64,000 bases of DNA from Tubulanus polymorphus (lineage: Eukaryota; Animalia; Nemertea), in the NCBI RefSeq assembly GCF_964204645.1, contig NC_134026.1, forward strand, positions 7,959,950 to 8,023,949. Direction: 5' to 3'. Shown here piece after piece: positions 13,901 to 27,500 of this stretch (position 1 is the stretch's first letter; each line of letters starts with the position of its first letter). A program made the position numbers and the translations under genes. The notes under the pieces were generated by a model. It made no database searches, was not told where the DNA came from, and worked only from the letters and a program-made list of their open reading frames with translations.

Positions 13901-16900
13901 TAGTACCTACATACCAAGCTTTGTCAAGATCGGATAATGATTGTAGGACTAGTAGCAACTGAATGATCTTAAGCGCCACCTATCACAGTGGAGCTAAAAA
14001 TTGCATGTTTTCATCAATTTAGCAAGTTTGTTAATTTTCATATCAATCGATCAATCTATTGTTATTGTCATTATTTCAATGCCTATTGCGGTACCTCTTA
14101 CTACACTATATACAGGGATTAGTGCTTTATTTTCAACATCATTTATTCATTAAACAATTGTATTTCATTGCATAATACCTCTACAATTCTTTTGAATGAC
14201 AGCGTCGCCGTAGTACCAGTCCAAACAATGCTCACAGTTAGAACCGGTTGTATTATACAAACATATAAGACACGCTCCGGTGAGGGGTTCACAACTCTGA
14301 GGATCAGCGAGGTTTATATTCCCGCTGCAGCCGCACGGGTCACACGTTCCACCGACCTCATTCGGATTACCGTAGAAACCGATCTCACACCTTTAAACGA
14401 TAATACAATAATTGTGGGTTATCGTGTCCTAGCAACAAGTGCTGTCGTATTTAAGGGGTTTGTACTTACGAGTCGCATTTCGGTCCGGCGTAGCCAGGGA
14501 GACAATCACACCTGACGACCAAATCCGTCGGTTCACCTTCGACTACTTCACAGGAGGTCGCAAAACTGAAACATACATACAGCACTCTACAAAACCAAAT
14601 CTTCTAGGGGTAAAAACTTACACTTTACAGGGGGGTGGATAAATCTTACTTGTTAGATGTAATTGGCTTTGGACACGAGCAAATCTGACAATCTCCGGTA
14701 AGCGGGTCGCCATAGTGACCAGCTATACATTTATCGCAATGGAAACCTTTCGTATTGTCTCGACAACCCTGAAAACAACAGACACGTAGAATAACGATAA
14801 GTTTCCATAGTAACTGAATCGTAAATTGATGCGATTGTTGAATTGATACGTACGATACATTCGCCGGTTCGCGGGTCGCAGCTACGGGTGTGACCGTTAC
14901 ATTCACACGGGGCGCAAACGAATCCCGTCCCGGAACGCTTCTTATAATAACCATCGACACATTCCTATCAGAGAAGGATAGGATATATTTTTGATTGAAT
15001 AAATAAATTCTGGTTTTTAAATTCTTTTAATCTGTAAATAGTGGGATTTTATCTTACATTCCTATCGATTTAATCATGAAACTTGGTTATAAATCCACAG
15101 ATCCGAGATCAATAGCACTAACAAAGCTTACGATATAAAACCAGTCTAACACCATCTTAGCTCGCTAGGTCCAATTTTCGGCCGATCTTATGATTCGAGA
15201 CCTGTTTTGAACTGAATTCACAACTGCGCAACTGGGCTTAGGACTCCAGATTTATGTTTATAGGTCAACTGCAACCACTTTCGGGTCCTAACAAGACTTT
15301 TATCAGGTATGTACTATCAAAACTGACCGAGCAAGGCCACCTGATGTGCGCTCAAGTCAAGTTGAAATAGACAGTAATTTAAATCTTGCATGATCTCATC
15401 AGAAAATAACAAGATTATGATTCTAATATTACATGAACCTGGATAGAGTTCCACAGCTCTCAGATTTGTCACTGTGAATCTGTGGAACCAGGTTCTGAGA
15501 AGGTACATACCTCACAAGATGAACCGGTATGACTAGGTGGACATCTACACTGTTCCACACTAAAAGCGATATCGCCTCGTCCGTCCGGTGTCGCTATATC
15601 GAACGATATATCGCTTAAACTGCCCTGTTCTATCATCGTGTAGTACGACGCGCGGATGTGAAGCGCTTCGAGATTCGAGAGGATTCGCATGAACTGAGAA
15701 TGACTGACGCTTTGACCGCTGTCCTCATGGTAGAACAAATCCTGTATGAAATGAAATAACAGATGTAAGCGTACGGACAATTTATGGGACATGGGGCTTA
15801 GGAGTATGTGCCCTCTCCAGTGTGGGAGTATAAGACGGTCCAGTGTAGGGAGTATGGGGCTGGTCCAATGTAGGGAGTGTGCCCTCTCCAGTGTGGGAAT
15901 ATGGTGCCTGCCCAGTGAAAGGAGTATAGGCCCTCTCCAGTGTAGAGTATGAGCCCTGTCCAGCATATGGGGTATGTGCCCTCCACTGTGTGGGAGTATG
16001 GGTGGGCCCTCTCCAGTGTGGGGGTATTGTCCAGCATGCAACAATGGGCCCTCTCGAGTGTGGGGTATGATGTACTATGTACAGACCCACATAAGTTTGT
16101 ACATAGAGATCAGAAAGAGTTTCCAGCTAACATCTTAGAGAAACAGAATCTAAAGATAGCAATCCACACGCGAAGGGTTAATGAACCAAATCTAGGACGA
16201 TGTGCGCCTGTACAATGGATTAACCCTTTCAGTGCGTCTACACCGCAGTGCTGTGTACGAATCAGTGATAGATTTTGCTAGTACACCGCACTGGGGTGTA
16301 TTGATTTAATTAGTAATTACTAATTATCTCTGTTGAAAGATGGCAGCACCTGTCTAACATAGTGAAATATTAGTAACTAACGATATACCGCGCCAGGGTG
16401 TAGACGCACTATAGTGCTATTCCCGTTATTCAACACACAAGGGTAGAATTTTTCAGAATTTTCAAATTATCTTCAGCACTATAGGGTATTATTTAGCCAG
16501 CACTGAAAGGGTTAACCCACAGTTTAGTGATGGACCTACTGTAAGGGCATGAGATTCAGGAACATAAAACAAAACTAGACAAACAACTTCACAGAATCTA
16601 CAGATTTGGATCTAAGGGGTTGATCCAGATAAGCCTACCTCTAACATATCAGCAGATATACTAAGCGGACGCCCGGGGGCAGGTTGTTCATCTTCAATTC
16701 GCCCTATTGTCATATTATTACCCTATAAAATACAAATCAGCAAAAAATTCTAAAAATACAGAATCTGATTTCAACAAATATCATTCGAAAACAATGAATA
16801 CCTTTAGAATGATGTCAGATCTGACGAATCCTTGAGTTGCTTTTTCTTTCTCTTCGTTGCCTCTCGGTAAAGTGAACATCACCGTATAACGCAGTCTACC

Positions 16901-19900
16901 TCCGTACGCCGTGACTTTATTGCCGAGGTAGGCTTCCGGAGCCACCCAGTACGAAGCCTCATCCATATCTCTCGCTCCGGGACGGCCGTCTACCGTTACC
17001 GTATCCCCGGTAACCGTAACCGCTACTGAATTCATGTTAGTTACCGTCCAACCTTCGATATCTCGAACCTAAACCGACAACAACATAGTGACATCTGGGG
17101 TGTAGTAGTTATCTACCCTGAACCCTGTTTGATTAAGACCATATAGCCCACTTAACCCTGAAATAAGGATTGTTAACTCTGAACCCAATTCACCCAGTTT
17201 CATCCAATATCCTGGGCCCAGTTTTATAGACTGGTGTTAATTTTAACCCGGGGGTTAACTCAATTGAAAATGAATTGAGTTAACCCCTGGGATAAAGGTA
17301 ATACCAATGTACAAGACCGGGCCCTGATGTTATCCCAAACCCTTCCCCTAAAACTAAGTAAGACTAGGTTTAATCTGCTTTTGCCTCCTTTGAATTCCGA
17401 ACTAGCCGATATGCTGAACCTCAATGCTGTAGCTTACTCTAGAAACCTGTTGCTATCAAGAACCCTGTACCCTGACCTGATGGATATACATTACCTGCTC
17501 CTGTCTCCAGTTGGAACTCTGACATTGATCCGTCGTCCCGAAACAGAAACAGTTTGTGCAACCTTTATGATTGCGATCATCGAGGAAGAACGTTCCCGGT
17601 TTACACGTCTCACAGAGGGCGCCTTCCGTGTTTTCTTTACATAAACACCGAGCAGTTCTCTGGTCACAAATATCGTCGGTTGTTCCGCGTGGATCGCAGT
17701 TACACTTCTCACAATGCGGATAGGCGTAGTAGCCGGGCGTACAGCGGTCGCATTGACGTCCAGATACAGACTCGCGACAGTTACACTGACCGGTGTGAAT
17801 ATTACAGGACGTGTTACCACCTCTAACACCATCTATCTGACAGTTACACTCCTAAAATATCAAACACGCAATCTAGATATCAATCTCAAAACAACATCGG
17901 GATATCACCCAGCAAAATGATATTGACATGGCAATCTCGCCACTTGATGTATTTATCTCAAATCAACAGAGATATCTTGAAAAGCAGCTTGATATCTGAG
18001 ATTCCCGATATGAGATACGCTGATGACACTGAAAAATCTAATGGATGAATGAATACGTGCGATATACGAAGTACGGTAATAACGAACCTCACATCCGATC
18101 AGTGGATCATAACCAAATGTTTTAGAGATGCATTCATCGCAATTATCACCGGTAACGCGAGGAGGACAGATACATTTACCGGTATCCTGAGCGCACAGTC
18201 CACTAGGACATTCGCAACCTACAAAACATAGGCATAATCACCAGGCAAGAACTTTCTTCAAATTATAACGACAATTCGAAATCGAGGGGTACTCACGTTG
18301 ACAATTCGGGAAACCATAGAAGCCCGTTTTACATTTCGAACACGTTCTGCCGATGATATTACTTTTACATTGACATTGACCGCTGAATTCCTCGCAGTCA
18401 AAACTCAGCGAACCATCGATATTACAGTCACACGCTATAGCTCCGTTGTTGTAATCAGTAGTTATAGTGAATACACTGTTCTTACAGAATTCCGAAGCTG
18501 ATGATCTGAAATAAGCGTATTTATCCAAATAGTTATCTATATATCTATATATTTGATAAGAATATCATCACATATTTATCCGAATAGTTATCTTTATATC
18601 TATATACTAGAAAAGATTATCATCACATATTTATCCGAATAGTTATCTTTATATCTATATACTAGAAAAGATTATCATCACATATTTATCCAAATAGTTA
18701 TCTTTATATCTATATATTTGAAAAGAATATCATCACATGTACCCTCAATTAATACTTATCATGTTAGAATCTCAAATTGTTTATATATAACATTAAACCA
18801 TCGGTATATGTCCTCCCTCTCCCTCCTCTCTCTTCTCGTCTGCCCCAATAAATAGTTTTGCTTACTTCACTTGGAATGATTCATCCACACAGTTCGTCAA
18901 GAAGAATCCGGAATTATCAATTGGCAAAGGTTTTGTGATATCCTCTTTAAACTGTTCATCAGGAATCACAATCACATAATCCTTAAAATAATCAGTAATG
19001 AAGTATCAGTATCAGCAGCTGTATAACATCAGCTCCTCGCTCCCTAGAGTCAGTCCTACTTACCACCCAGATAGCATCTTTGTTTGTATTATTGAGAGTG
19101 ATTTTGAAGTTATTGGAATCTAATTCTAGTGTTGTTGGACCAGTGGCATTAGCAAATTCAATCACAGCTCTACATCCAGCTGTACTCGGGCAAAAATCTG
19201 CCTTGATTTTACCTGAAAATTACAACCATTTCATTATAAGAGATCTTAAATCGGAGTTACTTTAGATTTAAGATGTCATCTCAAATAACAGATGTGTCTC
19301 AATGAATTAGAGAAACTGCTTTAATATCTCCATAAATCATATGTAAAATATTGACAAATTTGAGATATCATCCTTATATTTCAATCAGGGAAAGAAGTAC
19401 CTTACAGTGAAATGATGGCCCATGAGGGAGCATTTTCGCAATGGCTTTGTCTGAATACTAGTCATGTAAACCAGTCATACCCTATTTTCTTGTGATTAAG
19501 CCGACTCAGCCAATAAGCCGAGGGCAGTTTTTTAGCCTACATGGATTTCTTAATGCCTTCTTAATTTACCAATAAGCCGAGGCCCTTCATCAGGAGATTT
19601 TAATTCACAGATTTGTCAATTAGTTTGTCTTAATTGACGATGTATGAGGCTGACCGATGTGTGAGAGTGCTGTGTATACTATCATTGCCGAGTCACTGTT
19701 ATATATAGACTCGCTCAGGTGATTTCTAACACACAGAATATTGCGCGCAAAAAATGCATAAAATTCAAATTTGGAAGGACTTTTTATCAAAAGGAGGGTT
19801 TTAGAGTCAAAAAGAAGGACAAATATGATATTTGTCCAAACTTTTTCCAAAAGAAGGACAAAGAAGGACTTAGAAGGACCTCTGGATACCCTGTCAACAC

Positions 19901-21548
19901 ATCAAAGATGATCGATAAACTCACCGTGATAGATTTTATCTCCTACTTCTACAGTAACATTCACATCAAATCTAGGTTTATACGGCTGATAGTAATGGAG
20001 CACATATTTATATTTGCCTAAACGTCCAACAGTGCTCTTTATTTCAATAGTATTCTGAAAACATAACATAATTCAAATCAATGTGATTAACTCAAAATGG
20101 TTTAAATAGTTTCATGGAGTGGGTTTGTCAGTTATCTTTTAAGGTAAATCCTCAACCTGGGTGACAACCACCATAGTAACAATGAGAAACAAAGTTAATA
20201 ACTGATAAATTTCAAATTTCAAAATTTTTTCCCGTCCAGTAACTCAATATCTCATCATCTCACCTGATCTTTGTCCAGTTTGATAACTTTCGCTTTGATA
20301 TCGATATTCGGAGGTCGCTCTTCGATGTTCGAGATTTTATCTTTGTTCTCGTCGGTCGCTATGGTAATTTTTGCCGCAGGAGCGGTTGGCCATTCTGAGG
20401 TCGTGCATCTTCAAATGAACAGAAATCATCTTAAGAGTACATCTTACAACAACAGAGCATGACCGAGCTAGGTAGGATTGAAATCAAGAGTATCTTTCAC
20501 TACATGGCTAGATTATAACCGAGTTGAGTAGAATTGAAAGATACTTACTTTCCATTTACTTTTACGCATTTAATCCTAGGTTTAACTATTCCGATATCCC
20601 ATTCATTCACGGGTATAGCTACTACTGAATCCTGTAATCAACGATAGATTTATTAATAGATCACAGATTTTTAAATAGAATGGAAATGTTAGTTTTTCAT
20701 TTAAACAAGGTTTGATTTCAAGTCACAATTTAATTCGGGACTCACAAGTTCCCTCTCCCTCCTCCCCGATAATCAGAATGCACATGTCACCATATCATCC
20801 ACCCAAACCCCCTGAAGAGTGGTACGATAACCACAATCAAACGTGGTGAACAGATGATAAGATAAAAACCCACTATTTACAAATTAAAAGAAATCCAAAA
20901 TCGAGAACTTATTTATCGAAACAATCTAAAATATAAGAACACAATGTTTCTATCTCACACTAGAGATCATCATCTTTTTAAATAGTGGGTTTTTATCTAA
21001 TTCCCTGAAGAGTATTGAATACTTACAATTGCGACTTTCACATCATCTTTGCCAGTAATAGTCAGCGACACGTAACCAGTCGATACGTTAAACACAGCTA
21101 AATGTCCGTTTATTTGATCATGGACGGCAGCTCGACACAACGAACTGTACGAACAGTCGGGTAATTCGATCTTTCCTTTCTCTCGTCCGGACGTCGACGC
21201 AACTTCTACTTCGATCACGTTATTTTTACCTTCCTCGGGAGTGTAGTACTTAAACACTAGTATATACATACCAGGTTCAGGCACGTTCAAATCCAAATAC
21301 ATCGACGGCTAAAATGATACGGATCATATCACTTTCATTAGATTAGCCCTTCATTAGATTGCTAAAATGCAAGTGCTGAGAAATTGGTTTAAGTAAACTA
21401 GTGCAGTGGCGTTGGAAGTGCAGCGACGAAAGCTGTGGCAATAATTTACTGAATATTATTATCATTATTATTATCATTATTATTATTATTATTATTATTA
21501 CTATTATTATTATCATTATTATTATTATTATTATTACTATTATTATTA

Positions 21549-21585
<37 letters not shown>

Positions 21586-24500
21586 CATTATTATTATTAT
21601 GGTATTGTAAGCGCCAGAATCCACTTGTGTGATCAATGACACTTTATTACTGAATAAATCTAATGTGGTGAAAACAAATGTGTTTCGAGGCTTCTCTTGA
21701 AGACAGAGATACTCGAAGCCGCTCTTACATGGCGAGGAAGGTTGTTCCACAAATGTGGAGCAGCGACTGAGAAGGCTCTGTCTCCAAGAGAAGCTAATCT
21801 TGAACAGGGTTGAGTAAGCAAAAGATCATCTGCTGAATAACGTATTTTTCTTTGAATACCATGTTTTTGAAGAAATTAAATTTGCTCTGCAACATATGAG
21901 TAACTGTCAAAAATTGCTTCCTACGCACTTGCAGTGGACAATACTGACAATTATTGATAATCAAACTACACAATTTAACAATGTCTTTCTCTCAAACTTT
22001 CAAAAATTTGAGCAACTGCAGCCCCGGGAATAACTCTCATGTTCAATAAGTTCAATCCCTACCTGTTTTACGTCTAATAAAGCCATAGCCGGTGTTCCCA
22101 ACTCCACCAGAATATCGGCATCTTTGAAATCTTGCGTGCGAACACGCTGGTTGTCGACGGCGATAAAGCCGTCCTCACCGCGGCTACTTGGGAACGTTTT
22201 AACATCGACGTAAACGTAATCGGTACATCTAAAATAAATCGACAAAAAACTGCATGAGACGAACTGCATTACTTACATTTACAATAAATATTGGTGAAAC
22301 ACTATTCCGTGTTGTAACCATTATATAGAGAATCCTGCACTAATATAATGAGAAAGAAGTAGTCTGAAAAGTTTTCTTCAAATTAACCCTTTCAGTGCTG
22401 GCAAATCAATATCCTATAGTGCTGAAGATAATTTGAAAATTCTGAAAAATTCCACCCAAGTGTGTTGAATAACGGGAATAGCACTATAGTGTGTCTACAC
22501 CCTGGCATGGTATATCGTTAGTTACTAATATTTCACTTTGTTTGACAGGTGCTGCCATCTTTCAAGAGAGATAATTAGTAATTACTAATTAAATCAATAC
22601 ACCGCAGTGCGGTGTACTAGCAAAATCCATCACTGATTCGTACACCGCGGTGTAGACGCACTGAAAGGGTTAACAATTTATTGAATCAACGTTTTGACTA
22701 TTACCTAATCAATATTCATCTTTGACTATAACCTAATAGTCATCTTCCGGTCTTCCTGAAGATAACTATTAGGTCGAAACGTTGAATATAGTCGAAACGT
22801 TGAACTTTCTGGACTTCATCTTTCTCGTTTCATTAATCTAGTGTGGGATTCTCTATATTCACAGAAACTACTGCCCAACAGTAACTTTCCATTATCACAT
22901 TTGCTAGCTCTGACTTTGAGTAGGCCTAATGAGACTCTTTTACTCCAGGAATGGCCGGTTCGACACCGATACTTACGGTTCAGTTTCACCCAGCTTACAA
23001 GCATCGTTTATAGTTTCAATCAAAATATTCGCTTCATAAAATGCTTCCGGCAACAATACCGCGTAATCCTGAAATTACAATATAACATAATCAAGAAATT
23101 ACACTACAGCTTTATCCTGAATTTACGATACAATGTAATCATGGAATTACAACAGAGCGTAACTCTGAAATTACAATACAAGTGGATTAATGGAACAAGA
23201 TGGTTGGGTGCAGATTGAAAATAAACTAATAATTCAAGGGTAGAATTGAACCAATGCAGAACTGCCAATGTAGAAAACAACGAATACTTACAACAAACAC
23301 TTTATCTTTAGGTACACTCAGTGAAATGGTCCATTTGCCCGGACTAAGAACGTAAGATGCGGGAACCGTTCCAGATACTGAAGTAGCTAATCTCGGATCA
23401 TGGGTCGACTGAAATATCACTGATCCTTCCTGTTCCTGTTGATCGTCATTTAAACCTCCCCGTATAGGCGCGATACTGATTCGAGATGTTACTGCATCGA
23501 ATCCTGTATTGATATATCGATACAAAACTCGATATATACTCGGTTTTGAGATCTCGACATCAATCACTACAGTAGGCTGTAAAATCAAAAACATAAGTTT
23601 CAAGGAGAGTTTGTAACATTCACTGTTTGTACACATTTTTATGTCAAAACTTTTTACTGTATCAACACTATAAATCACAATACAACCAGTTCAATACATA
23701 AGGTATACATTTTGAAATTCGAACACAATGAAGGACAATCCAGCAAGCCAAAGGCAATTTACACAGTGACAACAGCCCTGACATGTTAATGAGAAGGGAA
23801 AAGGAGTCTATAAACCAAAACTTGCCCCATTTTCTTATAAGAGATTTTAAAGAATTTTTTGTTCTGAAAATCATAGAAATCCATTATCCATTTTCCGTTA
23901 TCTTAACTTTGTGTTGTACAATTTGTATATTTGTACCTGAATTTTTGAAAATATGGCGTATCCTTTCCACGAATATTTAGGGAACAAATTATCATCGAAT
24001 CCAAATCGAACTTGACCTCCGCGAGGCGTGTGACCGTCCTCTAACTCGTACTGATGCTGATAAAGTGTCGGATAAAAATGAGTCCTTTCAGGTCTACAAA
24101 ACATCGATAAAATATTTCGTCAGTTGCTGAAGTGTTGTAAGTTGTATATTCACAATAGGGGGGTTTCGTTTATGGATCATACCTGTCACATTTAAGTCCA
24201 GTAACTCTAGGGCGGCAGCGACATTGTCCGGTGTATTTGTCACAATTATTGTCCCAAGCTCCTCCGATATCACACTTACAATCTACAATCACATTTTCAA
24301 TTTACATCTTATCAAGGAAGGATGGATGGAGAGTATGAATTCTCACTGATCTCTCATCTGCACAGACGGAGAGTTAGAATTCTCACTGATCTCTCATCTG
24401 GACAGATGAAGAGTTTGAATTCTCACTGATTTCTCATCTGGACGGATGGAGAGTTTGAATTCTCACTGATCTCTCTTCTGGACAGATGAAGAGTTTGAAT

Positions 24501-27500
24501 TCTCACTGATTTCTCATCTGGACAGACGGAGAGTTTGAATTCTCACTGATTTCTCATCTGGACAGACGGAGAGTTTGAATTCTCACTGATTTCTCATCTG
24601 GACAGACGGAGAGTTTGAATTCTCACTGATCTCTCATCTGGACAGACAGAGAGTTCGAATTCTCACTGGTATCTCATCTGGACAGACGGAGAGTTCGAAT
24701 TCTCACTGATCTCTCATCTGCACAGACGGAAAGTTCGAATTCTCACTGATCTCTCATCCAGATCCAGTTCTACAGATGTTAGTTAGATTTTAATCTACAG
24801 TTAACTCATCGAAAATGAACTGATTTGACTGTATAATTCACATCCATGGAACTGGATACAGGGCTGATGAGCGGAGAGATTGATTCCGCGCTGATTCAGT
24901 GAAATATAGATAACTTACCCATACAACCATAGACATTGTTTATATCAAGATGATAAGTTCCGTCTTGACACTGATGACACTGTAAGCCGGAAGCGAACAG
25001 CTTACACGGACACTGACCCGTATTCTGATCACAAATATCCAATTGTCCGATCGTTCCAGCTTTATTACAATTACACTCTACATAAATAACCAAAACAACG
25101 TCAGTTACTGTATCTAAGCGGTATCAGGACAATTGCCCCCCCCCCCCCCCGGACAATTGCCCCCCAAATTAAATCTTTTTAATCTTAAAGTAACACAGAT
25201 ATTTACTTCAAATCAATTAGACAAAGCGAACTAATTCTAGCTAATTAGTGCAGCTAATTACTATAGGACTGATTTAATGTTTTTGATTGGCTAAAGTAAC
25301 ACCAAAACTAATTCCAATAAATTAGCCAACGTTAAGTAATGCACTAACAAGTGGACTTATTAAGTTTCCTTTAATTTGGTAAGTGAATCATAATTCCACA
25401 AGGGCTGATTTTAAGTTTTTGATCTGCACACAACATCAGTAATTCTATAGCTTATAAACCAATATTCAATAATATACAAATTAATTTCTAAGTAAAGGCA
25501 ATTGTCCGGGGAGCAATTGTCCTAGGATCGTCTAAGCATGTTAATTATAACAATCAGTTAGAAATTCAAATATCTAATTTCGTACCGTCGCATGCCTTCT
25601 GATTGTTGATGTTCAGATTCCAGAATCCAGGTTTACATTTATCACAGATTCGGCCCTCGACTCGCTCCTTGCATTCGCACAGTTCTCCGTTTTTATTCGA
25701 GCCGCATCCTCCGACCGGTAATCCGGGAATAGACATCGCTCCAGCCGGATTGCAGTTACACTCTGCGAAATAAAATATCATACAAGTCAATCACTGAGTA
25801 AAACGGTTTGTAGAAGCGCCAGAAGAATAGATACCTTCACAAACCGGATAATTATAGAATCCATCTTTACACTGACTGCAACGGTTCGTTTCAAAATTAG
25901 CCAAACATTTACATTGTCCCGTTGACTGGTTACACGACGAGCCGATAGAACCGTAAGGATCGCAGCGACAATCTGTAAAAACAACCAATCAAAATACAGA
26001 CAATCAAATCAAACAACCAATCAAAATACAGCGGTCAAATCAAACAACCATTCAAAATACATCAGCCAAATCAAAAATACCAATCAAAATACATCAGTCA
26101 AATCAAACAATTAAAATATCGCTGTTGAAATAAATAGTCAGATCTATTTGCGGTGTTTCAACAATCAGATTGCGAACTTACCGTTACATTCGGGGTAGCT
26201 GTAGTATCCGTGGGAACAACGATCACATTTAGTTCCAGAGAAATTCACGTTACAATAACATCTTCCAGATTCATCGCAACTTTTCCGTGAAGAACCGCTC
26301 GGGTCGCATTGACACGCTGTAAATTAAACAATATTGTCGGTAATACTATCACCGTGTTTGAACTGTATTTGCAAAAGAGACGCTTACGAGAACAGGTCGG
26401 GAAGTTATAAAATCCATCAGCGCACTGATCGCATCTCTCTCCGGAATAATTCTCCAAACATAAACAACTGCCAGAATCTTTACTGCAGATATCAGATGTG
26501 GTTCCAGACGGGTCGCAGTTACAAACTGTAAATACAAAAACAATACCTTTCAGTTACCATTGAGACATACATCCGCTATTATAGAGATACATTATCATAA
26601 GTCACTGGGGCCAGTTCCATAGTCGAAGTCCGAAAGTCTTAAGATTGGTCTTAAGCTGTTAGATAAACTATAGAACTAAGATAGTCTTAGACTGGTCTTA
26701 AGTCTAAGCCATGACTATGGAACTGGCCACATCGGTCAGTTGTTTAGTCATGACTAAAACCAACTTAATGCATCTAACGAGTAAAGACCAGTCTTAAGAT
26801 TTACTTAAGAGTACTTTTGGGCTTAAGTCGCGACTGCACAACCGAGGCCAGAATCTCAGAAGACACGCTTTAACTCACTCTAATTACATGTATATGATCT
26901 TACAGATACAAAAATACGAATGTACAAATTGAAACCTGGAAACTGGAAATACTTACAGCTACAATCAGGGAATCCATAGTAACCGTGATCACATCGACCG
27001 CAGTCTCGACCTCCGTAGTTGTTCTTACAGTTACAGTTACCGGTTATAGATTCACAAGTTGAACCGATCGAGCCATACGGGTTGCAGTTACACGCTGAAA
27101 TATCACAACAATAGCAATACACAACGCCATTATATCACGATGAGGGGATCGTGCAGAAAGTTGAAGTGTATGAACTCATAGAAATAAACTACTAAAAAAC
27201 ACACATTACTTGATGTGGACCGGGGAAGGGAGGAGGGGGGAGTTGCGAGGTGGGGAGGGGTGATGCTGAAAACTATGCATTACTACTACACTACTAAAAT
27301 ACCTTTCACTAATGAACCATCATAATAACCGTGTTCAATTTCTACATAGGAACAATATGAAAACAAATGAGTGATAATATCGAACTGATATGTCACCAGG
27401 ATGATACAATCAACCTGATATATCACTATCCAGCAATAATACCAAATTGGTATATCACTATCAGTGATAAATGATATATCACTACAACGATCCTATCCAA

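Noticed and set aside
15742-16090. Overlapping His/Pro-rich ORFs in three frames
   Set aside because: Produced by a GC-rich minisatellite; only ~15511-15741 is a real laminin exon.
21343-21750. Poly-Ile ORFs (and poly-Asn/Tyr ORFs at 7628-7828)
   Set aside because: Translations of AAT/ATT microsatellites.
24325-24758. Regular 40-bp array resembling a CRISPR array
   Set aside because: Units are contiguous with no unique spacers, no cas genes, and it lies in a eukaryotic intron; it is a minisatellite.
24862-24895. CTGATGA followed by a GCGGA/TCCGC stem (hammerhead-like)
   Set aside because: The required GAAA after stem II is absent.
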